Below, piece by piece: positions 1 to 9,622 of a stretch of 64,000 nucleotides of DNA. The position numbers and the translations under genes were made by a program. Position 1 is the stretch's first letter. The number at the start of each line of letters is the position of its first letter. The stretch is from an uncultured Gammaproteobacteria bacterium (GTDB taxonomy: Bacteria > Patescibacteriota > Microgenomatia > Daviesbacterales > UBA10151), in the NCBI GenBank assembly GCA_964459095.1, contig CAYWKL010000002.1, positions 2,858 to 66,857 on the forward strand. The letters are read 5' to 3'. The notes beneath the pieces were generated by a model. It searched no databases. It was not told the DNA's origin and saw only the letters and a program-made list of their open reading frames with translations.

Positions 1-610
1 TTATCAAACCTTGCTCCTTTCTTATTTTTGTTGTTTCTCGTCCTTTATCTATAATTTCTTGAGTTAACTTTTTTCCTTGATTTACTTCTTTTAACCTTCG
101 TTTCATTTCTTTTGTTCTTTCTTCCCCATACAATTCTTCAAATGTTTTACCTTTTTGAATGGCTATCTTCCCTTTGTTAGATTGGGATATCATGTTAACA
201 CTAGAATGTGTCTCTTTAGTATACCCTTTATTCCAAGATTTGTGGTTCATGTTACCTTGGCTAATGTTGTGTTTTATCCTATTAGCCTTCTCTTCCCCAT
301 ACATCTCCTCAAAATTCTTTCCTTGATTCCAATTAAGTTTGGATATTCCTATTCTCTTCTTTGTTTCGTCAGAATGTTTACGCCCCAGTCTAATTTGCCT
401 TTGAAGTTCTCTTAATTTTCTTCCCTTTTCTTCTCCTAATCTTTCCTCGTAAGTTTTTCCTTTCCTGTCAGCACTAATCTTAGCACAATGCTCTTCTGTG
501 AATATTCTACCCCTATTCCAGTGACCATACTTCCATTTACCACGATTAGCCTCTTCTCCGCATCCGCAAGCACATTTAATTAATTCATTTTCCATATATG
601 ATTGCTCCAT
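1..610 (-). CDS. Partial CDS (N-terminal ~203 aa; continues past the left edge and is not in the ORF track). Cys-rich Zn-finger N-terminus followed by three NUMOD3-like repeats (GKTYEERLGEEKGRK / GKNFEEMYGEEKANRIKHNISQG / GKTFEELYGEERTKEMKRRLKEVNQG). Homing-endonuclease-type DNA-binding protein.
   Basis: Manual minus-strand translation from ATG at 608-610 is open to position 1. The G+xhSEETK-like repeat pattern matches the NUMOD3 modules of GIY-YIG/HNH homing endonucleases. Confidence 0.45.
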   Translation of the reverse strand, partial: MEQSYMENELIKCACGCGEEANRGKWKYGHWNRGRIFTEEHCAKISADRKGKTYEERLGEEKGRKLRELQRQIRLGRKHSDETKKRIGISKLNWNQGKNFEEMYGEEKANRIKHNISQGNMNHKSWNKGYTKETHSSVNMISQSNKGKIAIQKGKTFEELYGEERTKEMKRRLKEVNQGKKLTQEIIDKGRETTKIRKEQGLI

Positions 611-614
611 TTTC

Positions 615-1529
615 TTAACTCAAATATATAAATCCGTCAGGCGTTGCATTTATGACCCTAGCCAATTGGTTTCCGTTTTCATCTGTGTAATCCCATATCT
701 CTGCCAGTGTGCTCCTGTGCAAATCAAATCCTATGTCGTCGGTGAATATTGTAATGTTGTTGGATGGGTTTCCGTTGGTTGTTACTTTCACAGTCAGCGT
801 ATCCTTGCTGCCGTCTTCCAGCTTGCTGAACTCGTAGCATTTCAGCGCATTCTGGTCTGTGTTTCTCGCCAAGTCAAAGACAGACCTTGGAGGAGTGACA
901 AAATTTGTATTTGTTGATATGTCGCTAAGGTCGGCAGTCGCATATCCGAAGCATATCACATTTCCTTTTGCAGCATCCGGAGTTCCATAGCATTTGTCAG
1001 TATGGGATATCACACTTACTTCAAAGTCCGCAGTCTGCGTTGCGCCCATTGTGTAAGCACCTGCCCTGGATGTCTGGATGGCTCCTGTGGGATTCCTCAC
1101 TGTCACTTTAGGAAGAGTGTCTATGCTGCATCCGGTTCCGACAATATTATCAACAGACTCCTGGACCTTTGCGGTGTAATCCATTACATCAACATAAAAG
1201 TTAGTGCTTGGAACCGATGAGTTCATGAAGAAATAGAATTTATAGTTTACATTTGGAGTTACTGACAGTGTTCCGGAGTTTAATGATTTGGTTCCGAGGT
1301 CTTCCCTCGCTCCGTTCAGCCTGAAAACTCTTACTAATTCGTTTACCAGCAATGATGTACCCCCTATATATTTATCAACTCCAGTAAAGGTAACATCTGG
1401 CTCAATTAGATTAGCCAACGAAGAACTACTTGGAATTTGCTGTTTTACAACAGAAGAACTGTTATTTGACTGCGAAAGATAAACAAAAATGACTATAAGT
1501 ACTATTGCCCATAATGCGTTATTTTTCAC
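615..1529 (-). CDS. Secreted or surface protein, paralog A. N-terminal hydrophobic signal/anchor, Ser/Asn-rich linker, many N-x-S/T sequons, conserved C-terminal TLAEIWDYTDENGN motif.
   Basis: ORF track. Clear paralogy with 1580..2521 (shared FDLxxxTLAEIWxxxDExxNxL C-terminus). Visibly GC-richer than the flanks. Confidence 0.6.
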   Translation of the reverse strand: MKNNALWAIVLIVIFVYLSQSNNSSSVVKQQIPSSSSLANLIEPDVTFTGVDKYIGGTSLLVNELVRVFRLNGAREDLGTKSLNSGTLSVTPNVNYKFYFFMNSSVPSTNFYVDVMDYTAKVQESVDNIVGTGCSIDTLPKVTVRNPTGAIQTSRAGAYTMGATQTADFEVSVISHTDKCYGTPDAAKGNVICFGYATADLSDISTNTNFVTPPRSVFDLARNTDQNALKCYEFSKLEDGSKDTLTVKVTTNGNPSNNITIFTDDIGFDLHRSTLAEIWDYTDENGNQLARVINATPDGFIYLS

Positions 1530-1579
1530 CTTGCACCTCCGTTAAAAATAAAAATAAAAAAAAAATAAAAAAAGGTTTC

Positions 1580-2521
1580 CTAAGAAACCTGGATAGTTTG
1601 GTGCCTTCCTGCAATGGTTGTTGAACCAAGGTTGTTGTTAGACTCATCCTGGAATCCCCATATCTCTGCAAGTGTGTTTTGGTCCAAATCAAAGTCAACA
1701 TCTTCAATCATAATGCTGATGTTGGCTGAACTGCTTGCTGCAGGGTTCTGTCCGGATGCAGGCTTAACTGTAACCTTTAGAGTTTGGCTTGCCGTGTCTT
1801 CCAACAAGTTTAATTGATAGCAGCTTGTTGAATATCCAGTTGTCTGTATATTCCCTATAGAGTAAGGTATCGCGCTTGAAGGCGTGTCTGCTTTGACTGA
1901 CTCATAGGTTGTAGAGTTGTACTGGAAGCAGATGGCATTCTTGCTTGGCGCCCCTGGGTTCCCATAGCATGCGTCAGCTCCTGCTTTAACCTTAACTTCA
2001 ACATCAACAACTTCGTCTTGCGCAACATCTTCTACGTTTGTTGCGTTTGTCAAAACCTGCCCATCAGAGTTGTAAACCGTGATAGCCGGGTTGGCATCCA
2101 CTGTGCACAATTCTCCAACTTTGTTGTCAGTTGCCTTCTGGCATGGTGCCACATAACTCTCTACAGTTGTATAACGGGTGTTGCTTGATGTATTTTCCCC
2201 ATAATACAATTTATATGTAGCGCCTGGTACTAGGGTCACTGTTCCAGAATTCATTGATACCTGCCCTAAATCCATAATGCTTCCTTGTTTTATAACCCTT
2301 ACAAAATCAGTTGTAAGAGCTGTTCCCTTCAGGTGCTTGTTTAGCCCTGTAAAGGATGCTTGCCCATCAACAAGCTTGCACAAGTCCACTCCTGTGCCTG
2401 TGTCTCCGCCACCGCCACCACTATTAGGAGGGGGTAACTGAGGTGCCTGTTGCTGCTGGTTTAGTAACAACACTGCTACTATAATGGCTCCAGCAATCAA
2501 AAGTCCTTCATTCTTTGCCAT
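1580..2521 (-). CDS. Secreted or surface protein, paralog B (signal/anchor, Gln/Pro/Gly-rich linker, beta-rich body). Possible virion or pilus-like structural protein.
   Basis: ORF track. Tandem paralog of 615..1529. Confidence 0.6.
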   Translation of the reverse strand: MAKNEGLLIAGAIIVAVLLLNQQQQAPQLPPPNSGGGGGDTGTGVDLCKLVDGQASFTGLNKHLKGTALTTDFVRVIKQGSIMDLGQVSMNSGTVTLVPGATYKLYYGENTSSNTRYTTVESYVAPCQKATDNKVGELCTVDANPAITVYNSDGQVLTNATNVEDVAQDEVVDVEVKVKAGADACYGNPGAPSKNAICFQYNSTTYESVKADTPSSAIPYSIGNIQTTGYSTSCYQLNLLEDTASQTLKVTVKPASGQNPAASSSANISIMIEDVDFDLDQNTLAEIWGFQDESNNNLGSTTIAGRHQTIQVS

Positions 2522-2710
2522 GTTCTTTTCCTCGTCTCAATTTCCAGAAGCATTGAGATGGCTTCTTTGGTTAACTTAGATTTGTAGCACGCCTTTAAGC
2601 ATAGAGACAAGTTAGGTTTAACAGAACAAGGTATAATTTGCCATATAAGACTGCATTCTAAGTTATATTTAAATTGATGTCAGGACTTATTAATAAACTT
2701 TTCTAAAACC

Positions 2711-2724
2711 GAAAAGTATAAATA
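2711..2724 (+). promoter_or_regulatory. Archaeal-type BRE/TATA-like box (cgaaaagTATAAATA) about 30 nt upstream of the AbrB-like gene.
   Basis: Sequence motif only. Confidence 0.3.
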
Positions 2725-2754
2725 TACGCTGTATTACACAATATTACGAATAAG

Positions 2755-2928
2755 ATGGTCAGGATGCAGAAGATAGTAAAGAAGATTGGAAATTCCCTTG
2801 GAATAATCTTTAACAGGGATGAGCGGAAAATTATTGGGCTGAAGAAAGGCAGCATTCTTGAAATTGATGTTGAGAAGAAGGAGGAAAAAAAAGGTATAGA
2901 TGAACATAAAGATATTAGAACTGATTGA
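2755..2928 (+). CDS. Small (57 aa) AbrB/MazE/SpoVT-type swapped-hairpin DNA-binding protein (KIGNSLGIIFNRDERKIIGLKKGSILEIDV). Not in the ORF track (under 60 aa).
   Basis: Manual translation. The motif matches the SpoVT_AbrB family, and the gene is placed directly upstream of the integrase. Confidence 0.5.
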   Translation: MVRMQKIVKKIGNSLGIIFNRDERKIIGLKKGSILEIDVEKKEEKKGIDEHKDIRTD

Positions 2929-3149
2929 TAAAAGTATTGAAAGTAGAAAAAAATATTTCAATGAATTAAAAGATGGTTTATTTAGCAAAAAACAAAAAAA
3001 ATCATTATATAAACTGCAGATACAATTGCAGTTATTAAGGCGTCTTAAAAGAAAAATCATAAGAATAAACAGGAGAGATATTGTTGATGTTGAAAAAAAA
3101 GGGTAAAAAAGATATTCACTTGTTATATGCTAAGATGAGTTTTTGAAAG

Positions 3150-3980
3150 ATGGAAGAACTAAAAACATTCGAGCAGGTCATAGGGATACAGAGATATAGC
3201 AACTCAACAAAGAGGATTTATAGGTTTCATATTAAAAACTTCTTGATATTTTGTAGAGGCAAGCCTGCCCAAGATAAAATTTTGGAGTATTTATTCAACC
3301 TGGAAAGGTACAAACCATCATCGCTGAACATAGCAAAATACAGCATAATTTACTTTTTCAGAAATATTATGAATCAGGAGATAATTACCAAAATACCTAA
3401 AATAAAAAGGGAAAAATTATTGCCAAAAACGATTGATAGTGATGCGATAATGAAGATGGTAAACATAACTTCCAACCTCAAGCATAAAATATTGATAGAG
3501 CTTTTGTACAGTAGTGGGTTAAGATTGGGAGAGGTTAATAAAGTACAATGGACTGATTTAGATTTCAAGAACAGATTAATCTTTGTAAAGGGCAAAGGCA
3601 ACAAAGAAAGGTATACCAAGCTATCTGAAAGAGTTATTGGTGATTTGATGAAATATAAAGAAGTGAGGAATGCTAAGGGAGATAACAAAAACCCCTATGT
3701 GTTTGATAGTGAGCAAAGACCAGAAACCCATATATCCAAAAAGACAGTTCAGAAAGTTTTGGAGAATGCTGCAAGAAAACTGAATTTGGATGTTAGGGTG
3801 TCACCCCATAAGATAAGGCATTCTTTTGCAACTCATAGTTTAGAGAATGGAATTGATAGTAGGTTTATTCAGAAGATGCTGGGACATTCAAGCTCAAGAA
3901 CAACAGAGATTTACACACAAGTTACAAGAAATAGTCTGAAGAACATTGAAAGTCCTTTGGATGTTGCTTGCAGAGTGTAG
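3150..3980 (+). CDS. Tyrosine recombinase/integrase (XerC/D-like).
   Basis: Catalytic R (SGLRLGEV), HKIRHSFAT (HxxR), GHSSSRTTEIYTQV (catalytic Tyr). Confidence 0.85.
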   Translation: MEELKTFEQVIGIQRYSNSTKRIYRFHIKNFLIFCRGKPAQDKILEYLFNLERYKPSSLNIAKYSIIYFFRNIMNQEIITKIPKIKREKLLPKTIDSDAIMKMVNITSNLKHKILIELLYSSGLRLGEVNKVQWTDLDFKNRLIFVKGKGNKERYTKLSERVIGDLMKYKEVRNAKGDNKNPYVFDSEQRPETHISKKTVQKVLENAARKLNLDVRVSPHKIRHSFATHSLENGIDSRFIQKMLGHSSSRTTEIYTQVTRNSLKNIESPLDVACRV

Positions 3981-4021
3981 TTTAATCTAACCTCATTAGA
4001 TTAAACAGATAATTATCGAAA

Positions 4022-4309
4022 ATGAAAAAAATTATACTATTGATTGGAATTGTAACATTACTATTAATTAGTGGGTGTGATAAACAAGAACAATCTATTT
4101 GTGTTGATAAGAATTGTTCTAATTTAGTTATAAATAATTCCTCAACGATATTTAAGAATATTACAGCTATGTTTGTTATAGATTGTTCATTACCCGAATA
4201 TTATGGAAATGGAACTGTTGAAATAGTTTATGGTGAGGCGATATATAATAATACAAATGTAATAGAAATCCCATTTATAGAGTTTTGTAAAAGATTAGAG
4301 TCAAAATAA
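4022..4309 (+). CDS. Small lipoprotein (LLISGC lipobox), Cys-rich.
   Basis: ORF track. Signal plus lipobox. Confidence 0.5.
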   Translation: MKKIILLIGIVTLLLISGCDKQEQSICVDKNCSNLVINNSSTIFKNITAMFVIDCSLPEYYGNGTVEIVYGEAIYNNTNVIEIPFIEFCKRLESK

Positions 4310-4559
4310 TTTTTTTCACATCCGATAATAAAAATTAAATAACAGATTTAAAGATTCATTGACGGAAATTATAGTTTAAATCCGTCATTTGAATTTCATA
4401 CATTATGCTATATTAAAACACGAAACCCAAAAATAACTTATTTCACAACATCACCTATAAGTTAGATATAGTTAAAATTCAAAAACTATATAAACAAGCA
4501 CTAACTCCATATTTTGCGGCCCACACGATGGCGGTTTATTATTAAGTTTAGGTTTAGAG

Positions 4560-4754
4560 GTGATAAGCATCAGTGAAGAGTTTGTTGATTTCATTGCTTT
4601 CTTGGATGATAATGAGGAAAAGAGAGAGTGGTATGTAAAGATAATTGAAGCCAGCCACTTTGTAACATTCATAACCAAGGACGGAAATACTGTTTCTATA
4701 CCCTCAAGCAGGGTTTTGAAGATAAAAAAGAGGAGAGTTGCTTCAGATGATTAG
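4560..4754 (+). CDS. Hypothetical small acidic protein overlapping the MCM start.
   Basis: ORF track only. Confidence 0.3.
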   Translation: MISISEEFVDFIAFLDDNEEKREWYVKIIEASHFVTFITKDGNTVSIPSSRVLKIKKRRVASDD

Positions 4755-7700
4755 TGAAAGAATATCTGAGTTTGCAGACTTCTTTGCAAAGAACTACATG
4801 GCGGAGCTGACACAAGCTAAAGGCTGCATCATAATATCATTCACAAGCCTGTCAGAATGGAATGTTGACTTGGCCAGTGAGCTTCTTGGTTCTCCCGAAG
4901 ATTATTTGAAGATGGCAAACAAGGCTATTCAAACGCTTATTGATGAAAGAGAGATAACAGTGAGATTCACAGGGCTTCCAAATACACAGAATAGGAATGT
5001 TTGGGAAACAAGAAAAGAGGATGTTGGCAAGTTTATTGCATTGACGGGCATAATCAACAAGTCATCCAGTATAATTCACTTATGTGAAACTGCAAAATTT
5101 GAGTGCTCGAATTGTGGAACGGTGATGTCTATTGTTCAGAATGACGGCAAGTTCACAGAGCCTTCCAAATGCAACTGCGGAAGAAAAGGAAAGATGAATT
5201 TGATTGACAAGGAATTCACGGACATAATCAAATTGGGAGTTATAGACGACCTCATGGCAAGGGAGAATGTGGACAGAAGTATCGCAAGAGAAAAGCTTGC
5301 AATATTATCGCAGGACCTGACTTCGCTCGAAGTTGACCAGAAGATAAAGCCAGGTAAAAAGGTAGTTCTAAACGGCTACTTCAAATATCAGCAGAAATCC
5401 GGCAGTGCAGAGTTTGATTCCATCTTCCACGTTAATTCAATGGAATTTGTGCAGGTTGGGTGGGACACTGTCAAGGTGAACACAATAGAAGAATCACAAA
5501 TTAAAATGTTGGCAAAACAGGATGATATAATAAACAGGCTGGCAGAATCAATTGCTGATGTTGAAGGATTTGCAGAGGCAAAAAAAGCATGCTTATTGAT
5601 GCTAGCTGGCGCCCCCCATAAATATGATGAAAATGGGCACCTTGTATCAAGAGGGACCACCCATATCCTGTTAATCGGCAATCCCGGAGGCGGGAAAACT
5701 TTCTTAGCCAAAAGAGCAGGTTCCATCTCTCCAGTCTATTCTTTTGCGTCTGCTGCGACAGCTTCCGGAAAAGGGCTTGTGGCTGCAGTCAGCCAGGATA
5801 AGGATATAGGCGCATGGGTTATATATCCAGGAGTTGTGGCAATGGCTAATAAGGGTGTGTGTATCTCAGGCAATCAAAAAATTATGACTAGCAGGGGACT
5901 TTTATCAATTAAAGATGTTAAGCAGGATGATAAGATATTATCTTTTGGTTTTGACGGTGTGAAGGAGAAGCATGTATCCGGACTTATTTTTAACGGGGTT
6001 AAGGAGGTTGTACAACTAACACTTTATTCAGGAGACACAATCACATGCACGCCGGACCATAGAATAATGACCAGTGGCGGATGGAAGCCTGCTGGAGACT
6101 TAACCACAAAGGATTATATCAAAAATTACTTTACTTCAATTACCAACTTTGAGAACAGAGAGGATATTGAAGATGGATGGCTTTTTGGATTTGCATTGTC
6201 AGATGTGTGGTACAACACCTCCTTAAAGAAGGGTTCCAAAAATTGTGTGCGAAATGTCATGTCTTACAGTTCTTCCATAATAAACAAAGAAAGGTCGGAA
6301 TATGTGCATAAACTGCTGATTGGAAGGGGAATCAGGAGTATACATGTTAAAAATATTCCTTCCAATAAGCATCTTGTAGCTGGAAAACAGCAGAAGTTTA
6401 AGGAAGGGGTTACTTATAGATTTTCAGATAAGAAGCTGCATAATGAAATAAAAGATATGATGGAGAGCAATCTCCTCGTAAAATCTACTGATGATTTTTA
6501 TGCTGGATTTTTAGCGGGTATTCTGAGTACAGATGCTTGCATTAGCCACAAGAAAGGAAAGTATGGGATTAAGCATGAAATAGCAGTGACTCTGACAAGA
6601 TACAACAAGTCCAGCCAAACAAAAGAATGGAACAGAAACATTCAGATATTAGTGAACTCATTATTTCATCGCTTTGGAATTTTAAGTTGTATCAGGGGGG
6701 ATAAAATTATAATATCATCACTTACAAGCTACAATCTTTGTGTATCACTGCTCAAAGAGTTTATGGTTGGCAAGAATAAGGAAAAGTTATACCACGTTTT
6801 ACCAAAAAAGAGGATAAGCAGCTATGATGACTGGATGGATGATGAATATGTAAAATGGTTTTGTTCAATCAAATTTAAAACAAGCAAAACTGTCAAATAC
6901 GGATTACATTCTTCTATATGGTACTCACGTAAAAAAAAGAGGGTAAGCTCGCAATTGATGAATATACTGTTCAAATTTTGGGAGGAGATAACAGACGAGG
7001 AGTTCTGGCCGCCTGCTAAGGATTATTTGTTAAACAAAATAATTTCTGTGGAGAGGGCGGGAAGCCAGGAGGTGTATGACATCACTATTCCTGAAAATCA
7101 TAATTTTATGTTGACTGGGGGGTTAGCCCATAATTGTGTCATTGATGAAGTGGATAAAACACATAAAGATGATTATGGGGACCATAACAACGCAATGAAT
7201 GATATGGAATGTTTGATAGCCAAGGGCAATGTGAAAGGGAAGCTGGAGACAGAAACAAGCTATTTGGCGACAGCAAACCCGGAAAACAGGATATTTTCCT
7301 CGTATGATACATATGCAAACCAGATAGATATGCCCAAGGATTTTCAGGATAGGTTTGACCTGATATTGCCGATGGTGTCCCCAACTGACAAAAAAGCCCA
7401 GGAAAAGATAATGGATATAATGCTTGGAAGACACACTGATGATAAAAGCAAAAAAAGCTGGAATCCGGAGTTTACCCATAATTTTATTCAGAAGTATGTG
7501 GCATATTGCAGAAGGAGTAATCCCAACCCAATATTATCTCCAGAATTGTTTGCATACATAAAGAAGAAACTCATTGAGCTGATGAAACCAAGAAGCGAGG
7601 AGCAGTCAATGATATCTTTCAGGCATCTTGAAAGCATACTAAGGTTTGAATATGGAGCAGCAAGGTTAAGGCTTAGGGATATAACTGAAGAAGATGTGGA

Positions 7701-8001
7701 CCTTGCGTTTAACCTCAAGAAGAAATCATTTATAGAGCTTGGGATAATATCAGAGGCAGGGGGATTCAGCTGGGCAAAGCTTGAGGAGGTAGAGGAAAAA
7801 GTTATATCTGAGAAAGAAATAATTCATAACATACTGAGGGAACTGATGCCAGATGGCAGCACCATGGCTGAATGGCACGAGATAATTAAGAGATGCACTG
7901 AGAAAGGGATAGAAGAGGATAAAGCTGAAGAGCACATCCAGAAGCTGATTACAAAGGGAGATTATTTTGAACCGAAGCGGGGATTCCTGAGGAGGATATG
8001 A
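4738..8001 (+). CDS. mcm: Archaeal-type MCM replicative helicase (662-aa extein) interrupted by a 425-aa intein. N-terminal C4 zinc finger (CSNCG...CNCG), Walker A GNPGGGKT, Walker B reconstituted as GVC|VIDEVDK, C-terminal winged helix.
   Basis: Motif match to the MCM AAA+ core. The ORF-track start at 4738 is TTG. A likely ATG start is 4747. Confidence 0.85.
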   Translation: MLQMISERISEFADFFAKNYMAELTQAKGCIIISFTSLSEWNVDLASELLGSPEDYLKMANKAIQTLIDEREITVRFTGLPNTQNRNVWETRKEDVGKFIALTGIINKSSSIIHLCETAKFECSNCGTVMSIVQNDGKFTEPSKCNCGRKGKMNLIDKEFTDIIKLGVIDDLMARENVDRSIAREKLAILSQDLTSLEVDQKIKPGKKVVLNGYFKYQQKSGSAEFDSIFHVNSMEFVQVGWDTVKVNTIEESQIKMLAKQDDIINRLAESIADVEGFAEAKKACLLMLAGAPHKYDENGHLVSRGTTHILLIGNPGGGKTFLAKRAGSISPVYSFASAATASGKGLVAAVSQDKDIGAWVIYPGVVAMANKGVCISGNQKIMTSRGLLSIKDVKQDDKILSFGFDGVKEKHVSGLIFNGVKEVVQLTLYSGDTITCTPDHRIMTSGGWKPAGDLTTKDYIKNYFTSITNFENREDIEDGWLFGFALSDVWYNTSLKKGSKNCVRNVMSYSSSIINKERSEYVHKLLIGRGIRSIHVKNIPSNKHLVAGKQQKFKEGVTYRFSDKKLHNEIKDMMESNLLVKSTDDFYAGFLAGILSTDACISHKKGKYGIKHEIAVTLTRYNKSSQTKEWNRNIQILVNSLFHRFGILSCIRGDKIIISSLTSYNLCVSLLKEFMVGKNKEKLYHVLPKKRISSYDDWMDDEYVKWFCSIKFKTSKTVKYGLHSSIWYSRKKKRVSSQLMNILFKFWEEITDEEFWPPAKDYLLNKIISVERAGSQEVYDITIPENHNFMLTGGLAHNCVIDEVDKTHKDDYGDHNNAMNDMECLIAKGNVKGKLETETSYLATANPENRIFSSYDTYANQIDMPKDFQDRFDLILPMVSPTDKKAQEKIMDIMLGRHTDDKSKKSWNPEFTHNFIQKYVAYCRRSNPNPILSPELFAYIKKKLIELMKPRSEEQSMISFRHLESILRFEYGAARLRLRDITEEDVDLAFNLKKKSFIELGIISEAGGFSWAKLEEVEEKVISEKEIIHNILRELMPDGSTMAEWHEIIKRCTEKGIEEDKAEEHIQKLITKGDYFEPKRGFLRRI
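5860..7134 (+). mobile_element. Intein (Cys1 ... His-Asn, +1 Cys) with a LAGLIDADG homing-endonuclease domain (LFGFALSDVWY, YAGFLAGILSTDACI), inserted in the MCM Walker B motif.
   Basis: Boundaries verified on the sequence: tgt at 5860-5862 begins CISGNQ..., and ...GGLAHN ends at 7134 followed by Cys. Splicing restores GVCVIDEVDK. Confidence 0.8.
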
Positions 8002-8690
8002 AGATGGATAAAAATAAAACACTAGTTATATTAAAAGGGTTACTATTATTTTTAGTGTTAAGCTTAATAATTCTAACTATCTTGTTTATTTATTTTAATA
8101 GCGAGTACCTTATCCAGAAATTTACACCCTATATTGATGAACCTCAACAATGCTTTTCAGTCTCCCAGGACTGCAGTGAATTTGCAGATAACCTGTCCTC
8201 AAAAGAGATTGACAGTTTGAAACTAGAGTATAACCAGCTAGTAACAAGATTTAATGATTTAATAAATGTTACCAATAGAGTATATGAAGAAAAAATATTT
8301 TGGAAAGAACAAGCGTTCAAGAAAGGAGATGGGAGAATGCTATGCTGGAATGAAAATACAGATGTTCCTGATAAAATATTGGATAAAAAGGAAGTGTGCA
8401 GGGAAGGATGCTACTATAAGATGCTATGCACAAACAGCATGAAGCCTTTGTTTGACTGCACGGATACACTGACGGTGTACACCAACCTAGAAGAGGATGA
8501 AATAGAGATGTGTGATGTGATAGGGTTTAGTACTCTGGAATATCCCGAATATGACTGGGTTGTTCATAGGGTGGTTAACATAACTGACGAGGGGTATGCA
8601 ACAAAAGGGGATGCTAACGCGTATCCTGACAGTTATATTGTTAAGTTTGAGGATGTAATATTTAAACTAATTGAGGTTAAGTACGGATGA
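7998..8690 (+). CDS. Type II membrane protein with a Cys-rich ectodomain.
   Basis: ORF track. N-terminal TM helix. Confidence 0.5.
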   Translation: MKMDKNKTLVILKGLLLFLVLSLIILTILFIYFNSEYLIQKFTPYIDEPQQCFSVSQDCSEFADNLSSKEIDSLKLEYNQLVTRFNDLINVTNRVYEEKIFWKEQAFKKGDGRMLCWNENTDVPDKILDKKEVCREGCYYKMLCTNSMKPLFDCTDTLTVYTNLEEDEIEMCDVIGFSTLEYPEYDWVVHRVVNITDEGYATKGDANAYPDSYIVKFEDVIFKLIEVKYG

Positions 8691-9622
8691 AAAAAGGAAA
8701 GAAATTTGAACATAAACAGGAATGTGATAGTTGCAAGACTAAATCTTGTTACAGACATTGTAATGAATATTCTGAATGTAGAGGAAAACATAAGAAAAAA
8801 GAGAATTGGTTTATGGAAATTAAAAAGTGTAACTTTTGTGATAATATTATTTATAAATCCGACAAACCAAAACAATTTCATTTAATTAAAACTTGTTTTA
8901 ATAAGGAATGCAAATTAAAACTTCATAGAATAAGTGCTAATAAATATTCACTAAAATTAAGAATATTAATACCAAGAAAAAATTGTGCATATTGTCAAAA
9001 AGAATACCAGCCTTATAAGGTAACAGGGAAAGTATGTTCTGATAATTGTGCAAAAAAATTATATGATTTAAATAACAAAGATAGCAAAAAATCAAGAAAT
9101 AGGGAGTATTGGCAAAGGAAAAAAGTGGAAGACCCAGATTATTTAAAACGATTATGGAAAAACAAATATCAAAAACGAAAATCTTATTATCTCATTTATA
9201 ATAAAAAAGTTTATGAAAAATTTAAAGATAAATACAGGCAAATTGAAAATAAAAGAAGGGAAAAATTAGGATTACCTTTAGTAAGTCATAATTATAAACG
9301 GGAGGTTGAATTAATTAAACGGATTTCTCAGTTATTTCCACAGGAAAAAATGAAAATACATGATAGGAGGACATTTAAAGGAGTAGAGTTAGACATACAT
9401 ATTCCTAACAAAAAACTCGTGGTTGAACATCAAGGTGTGCAACATTTTAAAGAAGTTCCATATTTTAAAAGTAATTCTTTAAAAAATAATCAAGCTAAGG
9501 ATGAATTAAGGAGAAAATTATGTATTCAAAATAATATTAAACTAATCGAAATAAATTATAATGATATTATATCTACAAATTTTATTATTAATAAACTAAA
9601 AGAGGTTGGAATTGATGCGTAA
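8687..9622 (+). CDS. Lys-rich protein with an N-terminal multi-Cys zinc-finger region and a C-terminal DUF559/Vsr-like PD-(D/E)xK endonuclease-like domain (GVELDIHIPNKKLVVEHQGVQHF).
   Basis: Motif resemblance to restriction-endonuclease-like DUF559 domains. Confidence 0.4.
   Translation: MKKGKKFEHKQECDSCKTKSCYRHCNEYSECRGKHKKKENWFMEIKKCNFCDNIIYKSDKPKQFHLIKTCFNKECKLKLHRISANKYSLKLRILIPRKNCAYCQKEYQPYKVTGKVCSDNCAKKLYDLNNKDSKKSRNREYWQRKKVEDPDYLKRLWKNKYQKRKSYYLIYNKKVYEKFKDKYRQIENKRREKLGLPLVSHNYKREVELIKRISQLFPQEKMKIHDRRTFKGVELDIHIPNKKLVVEHQGVQHFKEVPYFKSNSLKNNQAKDELRRKLCIQNNIKLIEINYNDIISTNFIINKLKEVGIDA

Noticed and set aside
155-415. Plus-strand ORF 155..415 (86 aa).
   Set aside because: It is antisense to the much longer, motif-bearing minus-strand NUMOD3 ORF (1..610) and is low-complexity. 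It is spurious.
2734-3106. ORFs 2734..3060 (-) and 2900..3106 (+).
   Set aside because: They overlap the well-supported AbrB-like gene and promoter, are low-complexity Leu/Phe/Lys-rich, and have no SD. They are likely AT-rich frame artefacts.
4300-4560. Inverted repeat tgacgga...tccgtca and the AT-rich gap upstream of MCM, considered as an att site or tRNA.
   Set aside because: It is a short imperfect stem with no tRNA-like structure and no matching second copy found elsewhere in the window.
5388-7718. Several antisense ORFs inside the MCM gene (5388..5726, 7123..7479, 7139..7384, 7488..7718, 7750..8022).
   Set aside because: They are entirely nested antisense to a confidently identified gene.
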